DNA from: Armatimonadota bacterium
Lineage (GTDB): Bacteria > Armatimonadota > HRBIN16
Length of the DNA: 64,000 nucleotides
Assembly: GCA_963677485.1 (NCBI GenBank)
Contig: OY781964.1
Span: 3,040,001 to 3,104,000, forward strand
Direction of reading: 5' to 3'
The position numbers and the translations under genes are program-made. The notes beneath the pieces are model-generated. The model had not been told where the DNA came from and searched no databases. It was given only the letters and a program-made list of their open reading frames with translations. Position 1 is the first letter of the stretch; every line of letters starts with the position of its first letter. Shown here piece after piece: positions 10,983 through 20,000 of the stretch.

Positions 10983-11714
10983 ATGATACAGACAACGAAT
11001 CTATCTAAGACATACCACATGGGCGACTTCGCTCTGCAGGCTCTGAAGGGGGCTACTGTCACGGTGAATAAGGGGGAGTTCGTGGCGATTATGGGCCCCT
11101 CCGGGTCGGGTAAATCAACCTTCATGAACATCATCGGCTGCCTGGACCGGCCTACCGATGGCACATACAGCCTGGAAGGTGTACAGGTTGCGGGCATGGA
11201 TGATGATGAGTTGGCAGCGATCCGTAACCGCAAGATCGGGTTTGTGTTTCAAACATTTAACCTGATTCCGAGAAGATCGGCGCTACGCCAGGTGATGCTG
11301 CCCCTGCTATATAACCCAGAGGCCGACCACTACGAAGCACGAGCCCGTGAGGCGCTGATCCGAGTCGGGTTGGAAGGCCGTATGGATCACAAGCCCAATG
11401 AGCTGTCTGGCGGTCAGCAGCAGCGTGTGGCCATCGCCAGGGCATTAGTGACCAATCCTGTCATCATCCTGGGCGATGAGCCGACCGGTAACCTGGATTC
11501 GCGTACCAGTGAGGAGATCATGATGATCTTTCAAGAGCTGCACCGTGAGGGTAAGACAGTTGTGATAGTGACACATGAGGAAGATATCGGCCGTCACGCG
11601 ACTCGGATCATACGGTTCCGAGATGGCCATATCGTGTCTGATGAGCCTGTTACAGAGCGTATCGATGCCCGAGATGCGATGGCGGCCCTGCCGCCGGTGG
11701 AGGTATCAGCATGA
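10983..11714 (+). CDS. ABC transporter ATP-binding protein (MacB/LolD type)
   Basis: [31 protein letters not shown]; ATG at 10983 follows an AGGGGG RBS. Confidence 0.93.
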   Translation: MIQTTNLSKTYHMGDFALQALKGATVTVNKGEFVAIMGPSGSGKSTFMNIIGCLDRPTDGTYSLEGVQVAGMDDDELAAIRNRKIGFVFQTFNLIPRRSALRQVMLPLLYNPEADHYEARAREALIRVGLEGRMDHKPNELSGGQQQRVAIARALVTNPVIILGDEPTGNLDSRTSEEIMMIFQELHREGKTVVIVTHEEDIGRHATRIIRFRDGHIVSDEPVTERIDARDAMAALPPVEVSA

Positions 11715-12925
11715 ACATCAAAGAGAGCCTGTCCGTCGCCATGGAGGGCCTTGCCGCCAACAAAATGCGGGCCTTGCTGACCATGCTGGGCATCATTATC
11801 GGTGTCTCTGCCGTGATCACTATGCTGGCCCTGGCTGGCGGAGCCAGCGGCAAGATGATGAGCCAAATTCAAGCTATGGGTACCAATGTGCTTGTGGTGA
11901 TGTCTGGTCAGTCACGATCGGGGGCTGTGCGGGGCGGATTCGGCAGTATGCCGACACTAAAACTGGCTGATTCCCAAATGATACTGGTGAAGTGCCCTGC
12001 CATCGCAAAAGTAGCGCCTGAGGTGCAAACCAGTGCGCAGGTGAAATACCGCAACAAGAACACCAATACCACCATATTGGGCACTACGCCCGATTACTTA
12101 AGTGTGCGAAACTACAGGTTAGCCAAGGGTCACAGCTTTCGTGAAAGAGATGTGGATTCAAGCCGCAAAGTGGCGCTTATTGGTCCAACCACTGCGAAAA
12201 ATCTGTTCGGTAAAGCCACACCGGTGGGGAAGACCATCAGCATCAAGGGTATGGAGTTCCAGGTGCTGGGGCTGTTGAAGTCAAAAGGAACCAGCGGATT
12301 TGGTGATCCCGATGATCAGATCATGATCCCGGTGACGACAGCCATGCACCGGTTGATGGGCTCTACCAACATCCGCAGCATCAACTGCCAAGCTCAGAGC
12401 ATGGCTTTGATGGACAGGGGCACCAGCCAGATCACGAAGCTGCTACGCCGTCGGCACAAAATCGCAACTGGAGCCGATGATGACTTTCAGGTGAGGAACC
12501 AGGCCGAAATCATGGAGATGGCGAATGAAACATCCAAGGTGTTCACGCTGCTGCTGGGAGGCATCGCGGGAGTGTCACTACTGGTCGGTGGAATCGGCGT
12601 GATGAACATCATGCTGGTTTCTGTCACGGAACGAACACGGGAGATCGGTGTCCGTAAGGCACTCGGTGCCAGGCGGGCTGATATCCAGTGGCAGTTCCTC
12701 ATCGAAGCATTAGTGTTGTCCACCACGGGAGGTGTATTAGGCATCTTGCTGGGGATGGTGGCCTCGTTGATATTGTCCAAGGCTACAGGTTTGAATGCGG
12801 CCGTGAGTATGGGCTCGGTGGCATTATCCTTTAGCTTTTCGATGCTGGTGGGAGTGTTCTTTGGGTATTACCCTGCACGCTCTGCCTCACTACTCGACCC
12901 GATAGAATCGCTGAGATACGAATAG
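11711..12925 (+). CDS. ABC transporter permease (MacB/FtsX type)
   Basis: [41 protein letters not shown]. Confidence 0.93.
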   Translation: MNIKESLSVAMEGLAANKMRALLTMLGIIIGVSAVITMLALAGGASGKMMSQIQAMGTNVLVVMSGQSRSGAVRGGFGSMPTLKLADSQMILVKCPAIAKVAPEVQTSAQVKYRNKNTNTTILGTTPDYLSVRNYRLAKGHSFRERDVDSSRKVALIGPTTAKNLFGKATPVGKTISIKGMEFQVLGLLKSKGTSGFGDPDDQIMIPVTTAMHRLMGSTNIRSINCQAQSMALMDRGTSQITKLLRRRHKIATGADDDFQVRNQAEIMEMANETSKVFTLLLGGIAGVSLLVGGIGVMNIMLVSVTERTREIGVRKALGARRADIQWQFLIEALVLSTTGGVLGILLGMVASLILSKATGLNAAVSMGSVALSFSFSMLVGVFFGYYPARSASLLDPIESLRYE

Positions 12926-12948
12926 AAATCGCCCACAAGGAGGGTGAA

Positions 12949-13557
12949 ATGAAAAAGCAGAAAATCTACATCACTGCTGCCATGGTGTTGCTCGTGGCAA
13001 CATTGGTGCCGTTATTGCAGGGCTGTAGCCGGTCGCAGCAGTCGCAGAACGGGACGGCGCTCACCGGTAATTCGTCTTCTCGACCTAAGATGGAAGAGAT
13101 GCGGTATGGCATGCAACTCATGGGTTTGTTTGATGGTGTCCGGCTACTTGAAACCAAGGGGCAGAATAAGTTATCAGCTCAGCAGGCGCGTGACATGGTA
13201 ACGGTCATCACCACAGCACGGACTGGCGACACATTCAATGAAACCAACGCGAAAGACGCCATTCGGTCGGTCCAGTTGATATTGACGGCAAAACAGCGTA
13301 CTGAAATTGGTGCCATGATACCTGAGCAGGGGTTTCATAAGGGGCATCAGGGTGGGTCTGGCGGTCCTGGCGGAGCTGGTGGGCCCGGTGGTGGTCCTGG
13401 TGGTAGGGCTGGCGGTCCGCCTCCTGGTGGAGGAGCACAACAGGCCGGTGCCCCAGGGGCTCCGCAAGGCGGACCTGGCATGAACGGGAATATGATGCAG
13501 TCACCGCCCATCAACGAGCTGCTGGATGTGCTGGACAAGAAAGCGGCCGGATCGTAA
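12949..13557 (+). CDS. Putative lipoprotein with an LTxxQ helical domain and Gly/Pro-rich tail
   Basis: Lipobox-like LQGC; LSAQQA and LTAKQR motifs; paralog of the next gene. Confidence 0.7.
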   Translation: MKKQKIYITAAMVLLVATLVPLLQGCSRSQQSQNGTALTGNSSSRPKMEEMRYGMQLMGLFDGVRLLETKGQNKLSAQQARDMVTVITTARTGDTFNETNAKDAIRSVQLILTAKQRTEIGAMIPEQGFHKGHQGGSGGPGGAGGPGGGPGGRAGGPPPGGGAQQAGAPGAPQGGPGMNGNMMQSPPINELLDVLDKKAAGS

Positions 13558-13782
13558 AGCACCGTTACCGTTGACATCACTCAACATGCAGCCCAGACGG
13601 AAGGTATAGATGGATAGTATATCTCCCGTTTGGGCCGATGTTATATTGGACCATTAAATAGACATGATTCGTGGCATATAAAGGTAAACTCATTACATGA
13701 GTTATACGTCATTACCGTATGACCATCAAGCACACATATGCTCTGGCAATGAGCCTGTGCGTGTAACCCTTAGGAGGGTTCT

Positions 13783-14481
13783 ATGAAAAAACAGACCATA
13801 GCATCTATTGGTATCGTAGCGGTACTGGCATCTGTGTTAACACTTGGTGTCAGTGCCCAAAAGCCTGAAGCGCCTGCGCCCCCCAGTCCAGAAGCGATGA
13901 TGAGGATGATGAATGCACATAAAAACGCATTTCAACTGATGGGGTTGTTAGGCAGTGTGAGGGCTGTTGAGGCTGGTAAAAACGCCCTTAACGTAAAGCA
14001 AGCCAAGATTATCCTCGGTGTTATCACCTCGGCACAAGCTAAAAAGCAGCTTGATGAAGCTACTGCAAAGCAAGCGATCAAAACCATCCAGACGACCCTT
14101 ACCGACAAACAGCGCAAGCAAATCGCCTCTCTCGGCGCGAAGGGTGGTCCGACCATGCCTCCAGGTGGCGGCGGAATGATGATGGGCCCAGGCGGACCGA
14201 ACGGCGGACGCCGTATAGGCCCGGGCGCACAGAAAAACACCCCTCGTCCTGCAGGCAAAGGTGGGATGCGAATGGGACCTAATGGCCAGAAACCTGGCGG
14301 TATGATGATGCCTCCTGGCGGAGCTGGCGGCCGCCGCATGGGAGCTGGCGGACCTGGTAATATGCCCGATATGACCAACTTCAATCCCATCAAACCCCGC
14401 AAGTTTGGACCTTCTGGTAAAACGATGGTGCCTTTTGACGATCTATTGAAGTCACTCAAGAAGAAGGCAAATATCAAGTAG
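13783..14481 (+). CDS. Secreted protein with an LTxxQ helical domain and Gly/Pro/Met-rich region
   Basis: AGGAGG RBS, signal peptide ending VSA-Q, LNVKQA and LTDKQR motifs. Confidence 0.7.
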   Translation: MKKQTIASIGIVAVLASVLTLGVSAQKPEAPAPPSPEAMMRMMNAHKNAFQLMGLLGSVRAVEAGKNALNVKQAKIILGVITSAQAKKQLDEATAKQAIKTIQTTLTDKQRKQIASLGAKGGPTMPPGGGGMMMGPGGPNGGRRIGPGAQKNTPRPAGKGGMRMGPNGQKPGGMMMPPGGAGGRRMGAGGPGNMPDMTNFNPIKPRKFGPSGKTMVPFDDLLKSLKKKANIK

Positions 14482-14520
14482 CTTCAATTGGTCTCCGGCT
14501 TGATGCATGCGGTTCCTCTG

Positions 14521-14574
14521 ACCGGTGCAGTCCATGAGTTGGCTTAAGGTTTTGACGGTATGGACTGCACCGGT
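14521..14574. repeat. 15-bp perfect inverted repeat in intergenic DNA
   Basis: ACCGGTGCAGTCCAT ... ATGGACTGCACCGGT. Confidence 0.6.
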
Positions 14575-14700
14575 TCCGTTTGAGATGGTAGGTGAAATGA
14601 ACCTGCTGGTGACTGATGTTTTGTCATTTTTGCGATAATATATCCAGGTAGCATTTTCATGTGAATTTCAGTTACCCATCTACCAAATGAGGAGTTAAAA

Positions 14701-16227
14701 ATGGCAAACCTCTTCACCATGCTGCAGAACACCGCACGATCAAAGCCAGACTATATAGCCATCTTCTTCAAAGACACCACCATCAGCTACGACAAGTTAT
14801 TCCAATATGTATGTGGTGCTGCAAGCGCGTATCAACATTACGGTATCGGCCTCGGTGACCGCGTGGCAATATTGATGGGGAACTCACCACAATTCCCGAT
14901 TGCTTACTACGGCCTGCAGGCACTGGGTGCTGTGGCGGTACCAGGCAACCCGATGCTGAAGGCTGATGAGTTGACCTATATCTATAACAACGCCGAGGTG
15001 AAAGCCGTCGTCACCACTCCGCAATTGCTGGCTGTGGTGAAAGCGGCCCAGTCCCGAGTGCCCTCCTTGAAACATATCTTCGTATGCTCAGGTGATGCGC
15101 CAGGCGTCATCAGCTTCGATCCTCTTTGTCAGGTAGCTAATCCACCGGTTCCGATTGTGCCGGATTTTGATGCTAATACACATCCCGCCGTATTTATGTA
15201 CACCAGCGGCACGACAGGCTATCCCAAGGGCTGCATGTTGTCGCACCATAACATCATAGTGAACTCCATCAGCACCCATGAGGCTTTGAAATTCGGAGCT
15301 CACAGCGTAACACTGGGCGTGCTGCCGCTTTTTCATGCCTTCGCGGCCACCGTGTGTATGCACACCGTGTTTGAATCCGGATCGAGTGTGGTCATCGTTG
15401 AGAAGTTCGCACCGGACACCGTGCTGGACCAGATTGAACAGCACAAGGTCACCTTCATGGTGATGGTGCCCACGATGTTTGCCGCCATCACGCAGTTTGG
15501 CAGCGAGGGGCGCGAGAAGCTGGCGTCCGTCGAGTATTGTGCTTGCGGGGGTGCTCCGCTCTCTGAGGCTGTCTACGATGCTTTCAAGGCCAAATACGGC
15601 AGGAGCATCATTGAGGGATTTGGCCCCACGGAGTGTTCGCCGTGTACGTCGGTAAATCCGTTCGACGGCGTTCAGAAGCTGGGCAGCATCGGGCTGCCGT
15701 TACCCGGCGTGGAGATGAAGATACTTGATGACCAGGACCGCGAACTGGCCGCCAACGAAACGGGTGAGATAGTGGTCCGTGGCGAGAACATCATGCTGGG
15801 CTACCACAACATGCCGAAGGAAACCGCAGCGGCCATGGCCAGCGGCTGGTATCACACCGGCGACATCGGCAAGAAGGATGAGGACGGCTACTTCTACATC
15901 CTGGACCGCAAGAAAGACATGCTTCTGGTCGGGGGACTGAACGTATACCCTCGCGAGGTAGAAGAGGTGATGGTCCATCACCCGGCCGTGATGGAAGCAG
16001 CGGTGGTCGGTGAACCCGATGAGCTTCGCGGTGAGTCGCCGGTCGCCTTTGTGGTGCTCAAGCCCGGCGTCCAGTGTACCGACCGCGAGTTGTTGAAGTG
16101 GTGCCGGCAGAGGCTGGCTGCGTATAAAGTGCCCAAGCGGGTGGTCTTCCGTGAGGCGCTTCCCAAGTCGGCCACCATGAAGGTTCTCAAGCGGTTGCTG
16201 CGCGAGGAGCTACAGAGCGGGGCCTGA
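14701..16227 (+). CDS. Long-chain acyl-CoA ligase (FadD/LcfA-like), copy 1
   Basis: YTSGTTGYPKG, GFGPTE, WYHTGDIG, DRKKDM...GGLNVYPREVE. Confidence 0.9.
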   Translation: MANLFTMLQNTARSKPDYIAIFFKDTTISYDKLFQYVCGAASAYQHYGIGLGDRVAILMGNSPQFPIAYYGLQALGAVAVPGNPMLKADELTYIYNNAEVKAVVTTPQLLAVVKAAQSRVPSLKHIFVCSGDAPGVISFDPLCQVANPPVPIVPDFDANTHPAVFMYTSGTTGYPKGCMLSHHNIIVNSISTHEALKFGAHSVTLGVLPLFHAFAATVCMHTVFESGSSVVIVEKFAPDTVLDQIEQHKVTFMVMVPTMFAAITQFGSEGREKLASVEYCACGGAPLSEAVYDAFKAKYGRSIIEGFGPTECSPCTSVNPFDGVQKLGSIGLPLPGVEMKILDDQDRELAANETGEIVVRGENIMLGYHNMPKETAAAMASGWYHTGDIGKKDEDGYFYILDRKKDMLLVGGLNVYPREVEEVMVHHPAVMEAAVVGEPDELRGESPVAFVVLKPGVQCTDRELLKWCRQRLAAYKVPKRVVFREALPKSATMKVLKRLLREELQSGA

Positions 16228-16259
16228 CGGGGGCGGTGCTTCGATAGTAAGCAACTTGG

Positions 16260-16428
16260 CTGGCTATGTCCGGGGCGGTCTGTCAGTACGCCTGCGGAGG
16301 CCATTGTCCATAGGCCGCGCCGGTCTTGATCCTGACACATATCTTTCATGGCTGTCCGCCAGACCGGCGCGGTCTTGAGCCTTCTGTAGCCGATAGCCTG
16401 CGCACAGACCGCCCCGGACATAGGCAAC
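16260..16428. repeat. Solo copy of the family A nested-palindrome element
   Basis: Near-colinear with 5214-5382 (TGGCTATGTCCGGGGCGGTCTGTCAGTACGCC ... CAGACCGCCCCGGACATAGGCAAC). Confidence 0.8.
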
Positions 16429-16663
16429 GGTTGGTTGCTATAGATGCGAACGGCTATTCGCATATCACCTGTCGCATCAACGTGACGCGTGGGTTTCGTT
16501 CTGTATTCCCTTGCCCATTTGGCCGAGGTGGAATGAATGATCACGGTCGTATTGCCATATACGTCGTTTAGTTTAAAAACAGCCACTTGGGGACATGTAG
16601 ATACCATATGGATGCTCAAGTCTCGTATAATGGCAATAGAAGTATGGAGGACACTGCACAGAA

Positions 16664-18214
16664 ATGACACTGTTTCAACTACTTACAAATACTACGCATC
16701 GGCTGCCCAATAAGACCGTCCTGACTTACCGTGAGAAGAGATTCAGCTTCTCAGAGCTGCACCAGGCGTGTTGTTCTGCGGCGGACGGGTTCATCAAAGC
16801 CGGTGTCAAAAAGGGTGACCGCGTATCGATCGTGCTCGGTAACAGCCCGGCGTTTGTGATGGCCTACTATGGCTTGCAGGCCATCGGGGCCATTCCTGTG
16901 CCGAGTAACCCCAAGCTGACCCAGGAAGAGCTTTCATACATCTACAACGACGCTGCTTGCGTGGCGGTAGTCTGCTGCCCGCTGGTGGTGAAGGTTGTGC
17001 TTGAAGCGCAGAAGAGTTCACCCACGGTGCGCACCATCTTCTGTGCGAACGGTGTCGTTGATGGCTGCGAGGACTTCGATACGATCTGCGCGCGCAAAGG
17101 AATATCTCAACCTGAGGCCCCTGGGATTGACCCTGTGAATGATGCCTCCGTGTTCTTATATACCTCTGGCACCACCGGGTTCCCAAAAGGCTGCATGTTG
17201 TCTCACCACAACCAGATTGCCAACATGAAGATGGCCGAAGAGGCCCTGAAGCTCACCGGTGATGACAGCTATATGACGGTGTTGCCGTTGTTCCACACCT
17301 TTGCCAGTTCATTGTGTATGAACCAGAGCATACGGCTGGGTGGTCGGTTTGACCTATTGGACTACCCCGTACCGAACGCAGTTTTGGACTGCCTGGAGCA
17401 GAACCGGAACACCATTTGCCCCATCGTGCCCACGATGTATGCCGCCATCCTGCACTTTGCGGATGGGCAGCAGCGGGACCTCAGCGGCGTGAGGCTGTTT
17501 GTCTCCGCGGGAGCACCGATCTCCGTGGCGACTCTCAATGCGTTCAAGGCGAAATATGGCAAGGGCATCATCGAAGGTTATGGCAGCACGGAGCTTTCGC
17601 CCTTCTGTTCATTCAGCCCATTGGGCGGGCCGGAGCGGGCAGGGGCGGTGGGCGTGCCGGTGCCCGGTGTGGAGATGGCCGTGGTGGATGAGAATGACCA
17701 GCACCTTGGTGACGAAGAGCGCGGTGAGATCATCGTGAAAGGTGAGAGTGTCATGATCGGCTATCACAATATGCCGGAGGCGACGGCTGAGGCCCTGAAA
17801 GGCGGCTGGTATCATACTGGCGATATCGGCCGACGTGATGCTGATGGGTTCTATTGGATCATGGACCGCAAGAAGGACATGCTGCTGGTGGGCGGGCTGA
17901 ACGTCTACCCGAGGGAAATTGAAGAGGTCATCAGCAAGCACCCCAGCATAGCGGAAGTGGCGGTGATCGGCGAATACGACGATCTGCGCGGCGAAATACC
18001 TGTGGCTTTCGTGGTACCGAAACCTGAACACACCATTGATGTACATGAGCTGCTGCGCTTCAGTCGGACGCATCTGGCCAACTACAAGGTTCCTCGCCGA
18101 ATTATGCTGCGAGACTCATTACCGAAGGGCCCGTCGTTGAAGATACTCAAGCGGGTGCTGCGCGATGAACACAAAGCCTTCCTTGAGACGATTCAAGAGA
18201 AGAGCATAAGCTGA
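16664..18214 (+). CDS. Long-chain acyl-CoA ligase, copy 2
   Basis: YTSGTTGFPKG, GYGSTE, WYHTGDIG; GGAGG RBS. Confidence 0.9.
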   Translation: MTLFQLLTNTTHRLPNKTVLTYREKRFSFSELHQACCSAADGFIKAGVKKGDRVSIVLGNSPAFVMAYYGLQAIGAIPVPSNPKLTQEELSYIYNDAACVAVVCCPLVVKVVLEAQKSSPTVRTIFCANGVVDGCEDFDTICARKGISQPEAPGIDPVNDASVFLYTSGTTGFPKGCMLSHHNQIANMKMAEEALKLTGDDSYMTVLPLFHTFASSLCMNQSIRLGGRFDLLDYPVPNAVLDCLEQNRNTICPIVPTMYAAILHFADGQQRDLSGVRLFVSAGAPISVATLNAFKAKYGKGIIEGYGSTELSPFCSFSPLGGPERAGAVGVPVPGVEMAVVDENDQHLGDEERGEIIVKGESVMIGYHNMPEATAEALKGGWYHTGDIGRRDADGFYWIMDRKKDMLLVGGLNVYPREIEEVISKHPSIAEVAVIGEYDDLRGEIPVAFVVPKPEHTIDVHELLRFSRTHLANYKVPRRIMLRDSLPKGPSLKILKRVLRDEHKAFLETIQEKSIS

Positions 18215-18248
18215 TACCGAAAGTATACACATGAGGAGCACCGCGAAC

Positions 18249-19793
18249 TTGAACAATCTGTTTAGCATGTTGCAGGATACTGCACAAATGGTACCTGACC
18301 AACCCGTCATCTATTTCAAAGATGACATCATCACATATAAGCAGTTGTTCGGGTATGTGTGCGGAGCCGCCCAGGCGTATCAGCCGTATGACATACAGAT
18401 GGGTGACCGTGTATCGATACTGATGGGCAACCTGCCGCAGTTTATGATCGCCTACTACGGTTTAGCGGCTATAGGAGCCGTCGCCGTTCCCAGTAACCCG
18501 TTGTTGAAAGCGGATGAGCTGACCTACATCTACAACAATGCCGAAGTGAAGGCGGTGGTCACCATTCCGCAGCTATTGCCTGTGGTGCTGGCCACCCTGC
18601 CCCGTGTGCCCAGTCTTAAGCATATATTTGTTTGCACCGGTGACGCCGAAGGGGCGATCAGCTTTGACCCGCTCTGGCAAAAAGCTGATGCACCGATACC
18701 GGTTACCCCGGAGTTTGACCCGGCCAAACACCCCGCGGTATTCATGTATACCAGCGGAACCACCGGCTACCCAAAAGGCTGTATGCTCTCGCACCGCAAC
18801 CTGCTAGCGAACAGCACGGGCGCAAAAATGCATCTCGGTCTTGGGCCTGGCACGGTCATCTTTTGCGTTCTGCCCCTCTTCCACGCCTTCGCCGCCACCA
18901 TCTGCATGCATCTGACCTTTATATCGAAAGCCTCGGTGGTCATTAATGAAAAGTTTATACCAGATTCCGTGCTGGATGCCATCGAACGATATAAGGTGAC
19001 GGTGCTGCCCATGGTGCCTACGATGTTTGCGGCCCTGGCGCAGTTCGGCAGCAAGAGCCCCGAAAAGCTGGCATCGGTCGTGCAGGCTATCTCCGGTGGA
19101 GCGCCTCTGCCAGGCGCCGTCTTGAACGCCTTTAAAGAGAAGTTCGGTGTGACCATCTTCGAAGGTGACGGTCCGACAGAGTGCTCACCGGTCACCTCCG
19201 TCAACCCGGTTGAAGGCGTGCAAAAGGTGGGCAGCATAGGCATACCCATCCCCGGCGTTGAGATGAAGATATTCGATGACAAAGACAATGAGCTGCCTAC
19301 CAACGAGTCCGGTGAAATTGTAGTGCGTGGCGACAGCGTGATGCTGGGCTACCACAACATGCCCGAAGAGACCGCCGAGGTGATGACTAGCGGCTGGTAT
19401 CACACCGGTGACATCGGCAAGAAGGACGAAGATGGCTACTTCTACATCCTGGACCGCAAGAAGGACATGCTGCTGGTGGGGGGGCTGAACGTTTACCCCC
19501 GCGAGGTGGAAGAGGTGATCGCGCACCACCCGGCGGTGATGGAGACTGCCGTAGTGGGTGAGTTTGACAAGCTGCGCGGCGAGGCCCCTGTGGCCTATGT
19601 TGTGCTGAAACCCGATCAGCAGGCCACCGCTAAAGAGATTTTAAAATGGTGCCGTCAAAAGCTGGCCACATACAAGGTGCCCAAGCGGGTAATCTTCCGT
19701 GACAATCTGCCCAAGTCCGCCACGATGAAGATACTCAAACGGCTTCTCCGCAAGGAGCTTGATCAAGAGGCTGGCATCGGCGACAAGAGCTAG
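18249..19793 (+). CDS. Long-chain acyl-CoA ligase, copy 3 (TTG start likely; alternative ATG at 18231)
   Basis: YTSGTTGYPKG, WYHTGDIG; GAGGAG RBS before the TTG; closest to copy 1. Confidence 0.9.
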   Translation: MNNLFSMLQDTAQMVPDQPVIYFKDDIITYKQLFGYVCGAAQAYQPYDIQMGDRVSILMGNLPQFMIAYYGLAAIGAVAVPSNPLLKADELTYIYNNAEVKAVVTIPQLLPVVLATLPRVPSLKHIFVCTGDAEGAISFDPLWQKADAPIPVTPEFDPAKHPAVFMYTSGTTGYPKGCMLSHRNLLANSTGAKMHLGLGPGTVIFCVLPLFHAFAATICMHLTFISKASVVINEKFIPDSVLDAIERYKVTVLPMVPTMFAALAQFGSKSPEKLASVVQAISGGAPLPGAVLNAFKEKFGVTIFEGDGPTECSPVTSVNPVEGVQKVGSIGIPIPGVEMKIFDDKDNELPTNESGEIVVRGDSVMLGYHNMPEETAEVMTSGWYHTGDIGKKDEDGYFYILDRKKDMLLVGGLNVYPREVEEVIAHHPAVMETAVVGEFDKLRGEAPVAYVVLKPDQQATAKEILKWCRQKLATYKVPKRVIFRDNLPKSATMKILKRLLRKELDQEAGIGDKS

Positions 19794-19815
19794 ATCTGCA
19801 TCACGCAATCCCACA

Positions 19816-19849
19816 ACCCCGGAAGGCATACCGCCTTCTGGGGTTTTTA
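19816..19849 (+). terminator. Intrinsic terminator after the ligase cluster
   Basis: ACCCCGGAAGGC-atacc-GCCTTCTGGGGT followed by a T run. Confidence 0.8.
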
Positions 19850-19891
19850 TACTTTTAATGTAAAATCGAACCGCCGCGACCCTGTTTTTGC

Positions 19892-19920
19892 TTGACAGCG
19901 AGTTGGTGCAAACGGATAAT
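19892..19920 (+). promoter_or_regulatory. Sigma70-type promoter for the propeller array
   Basis: TTGACA-N17-GATAAT, 80 nt upstream of the ATG at 20001, which has an AGGAG RBS. Confidence 0.7.
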
Positions 19921-20000
19921 GGAGTTAACGGTGTGAAACCGTCTGCTGAAGGGGTGATGTAGCCTCGTCAGCGAATCCCCCAACCGTAGGAGTAAAGTTT

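Noticed and set aside
19921-20000. Known riboswitch (c-di-GMP, c-di-AMP) in the array leader
   Set aside because: Too short and lacks the consensus motifs I can recall; kept only as a low-confidence structured leader.
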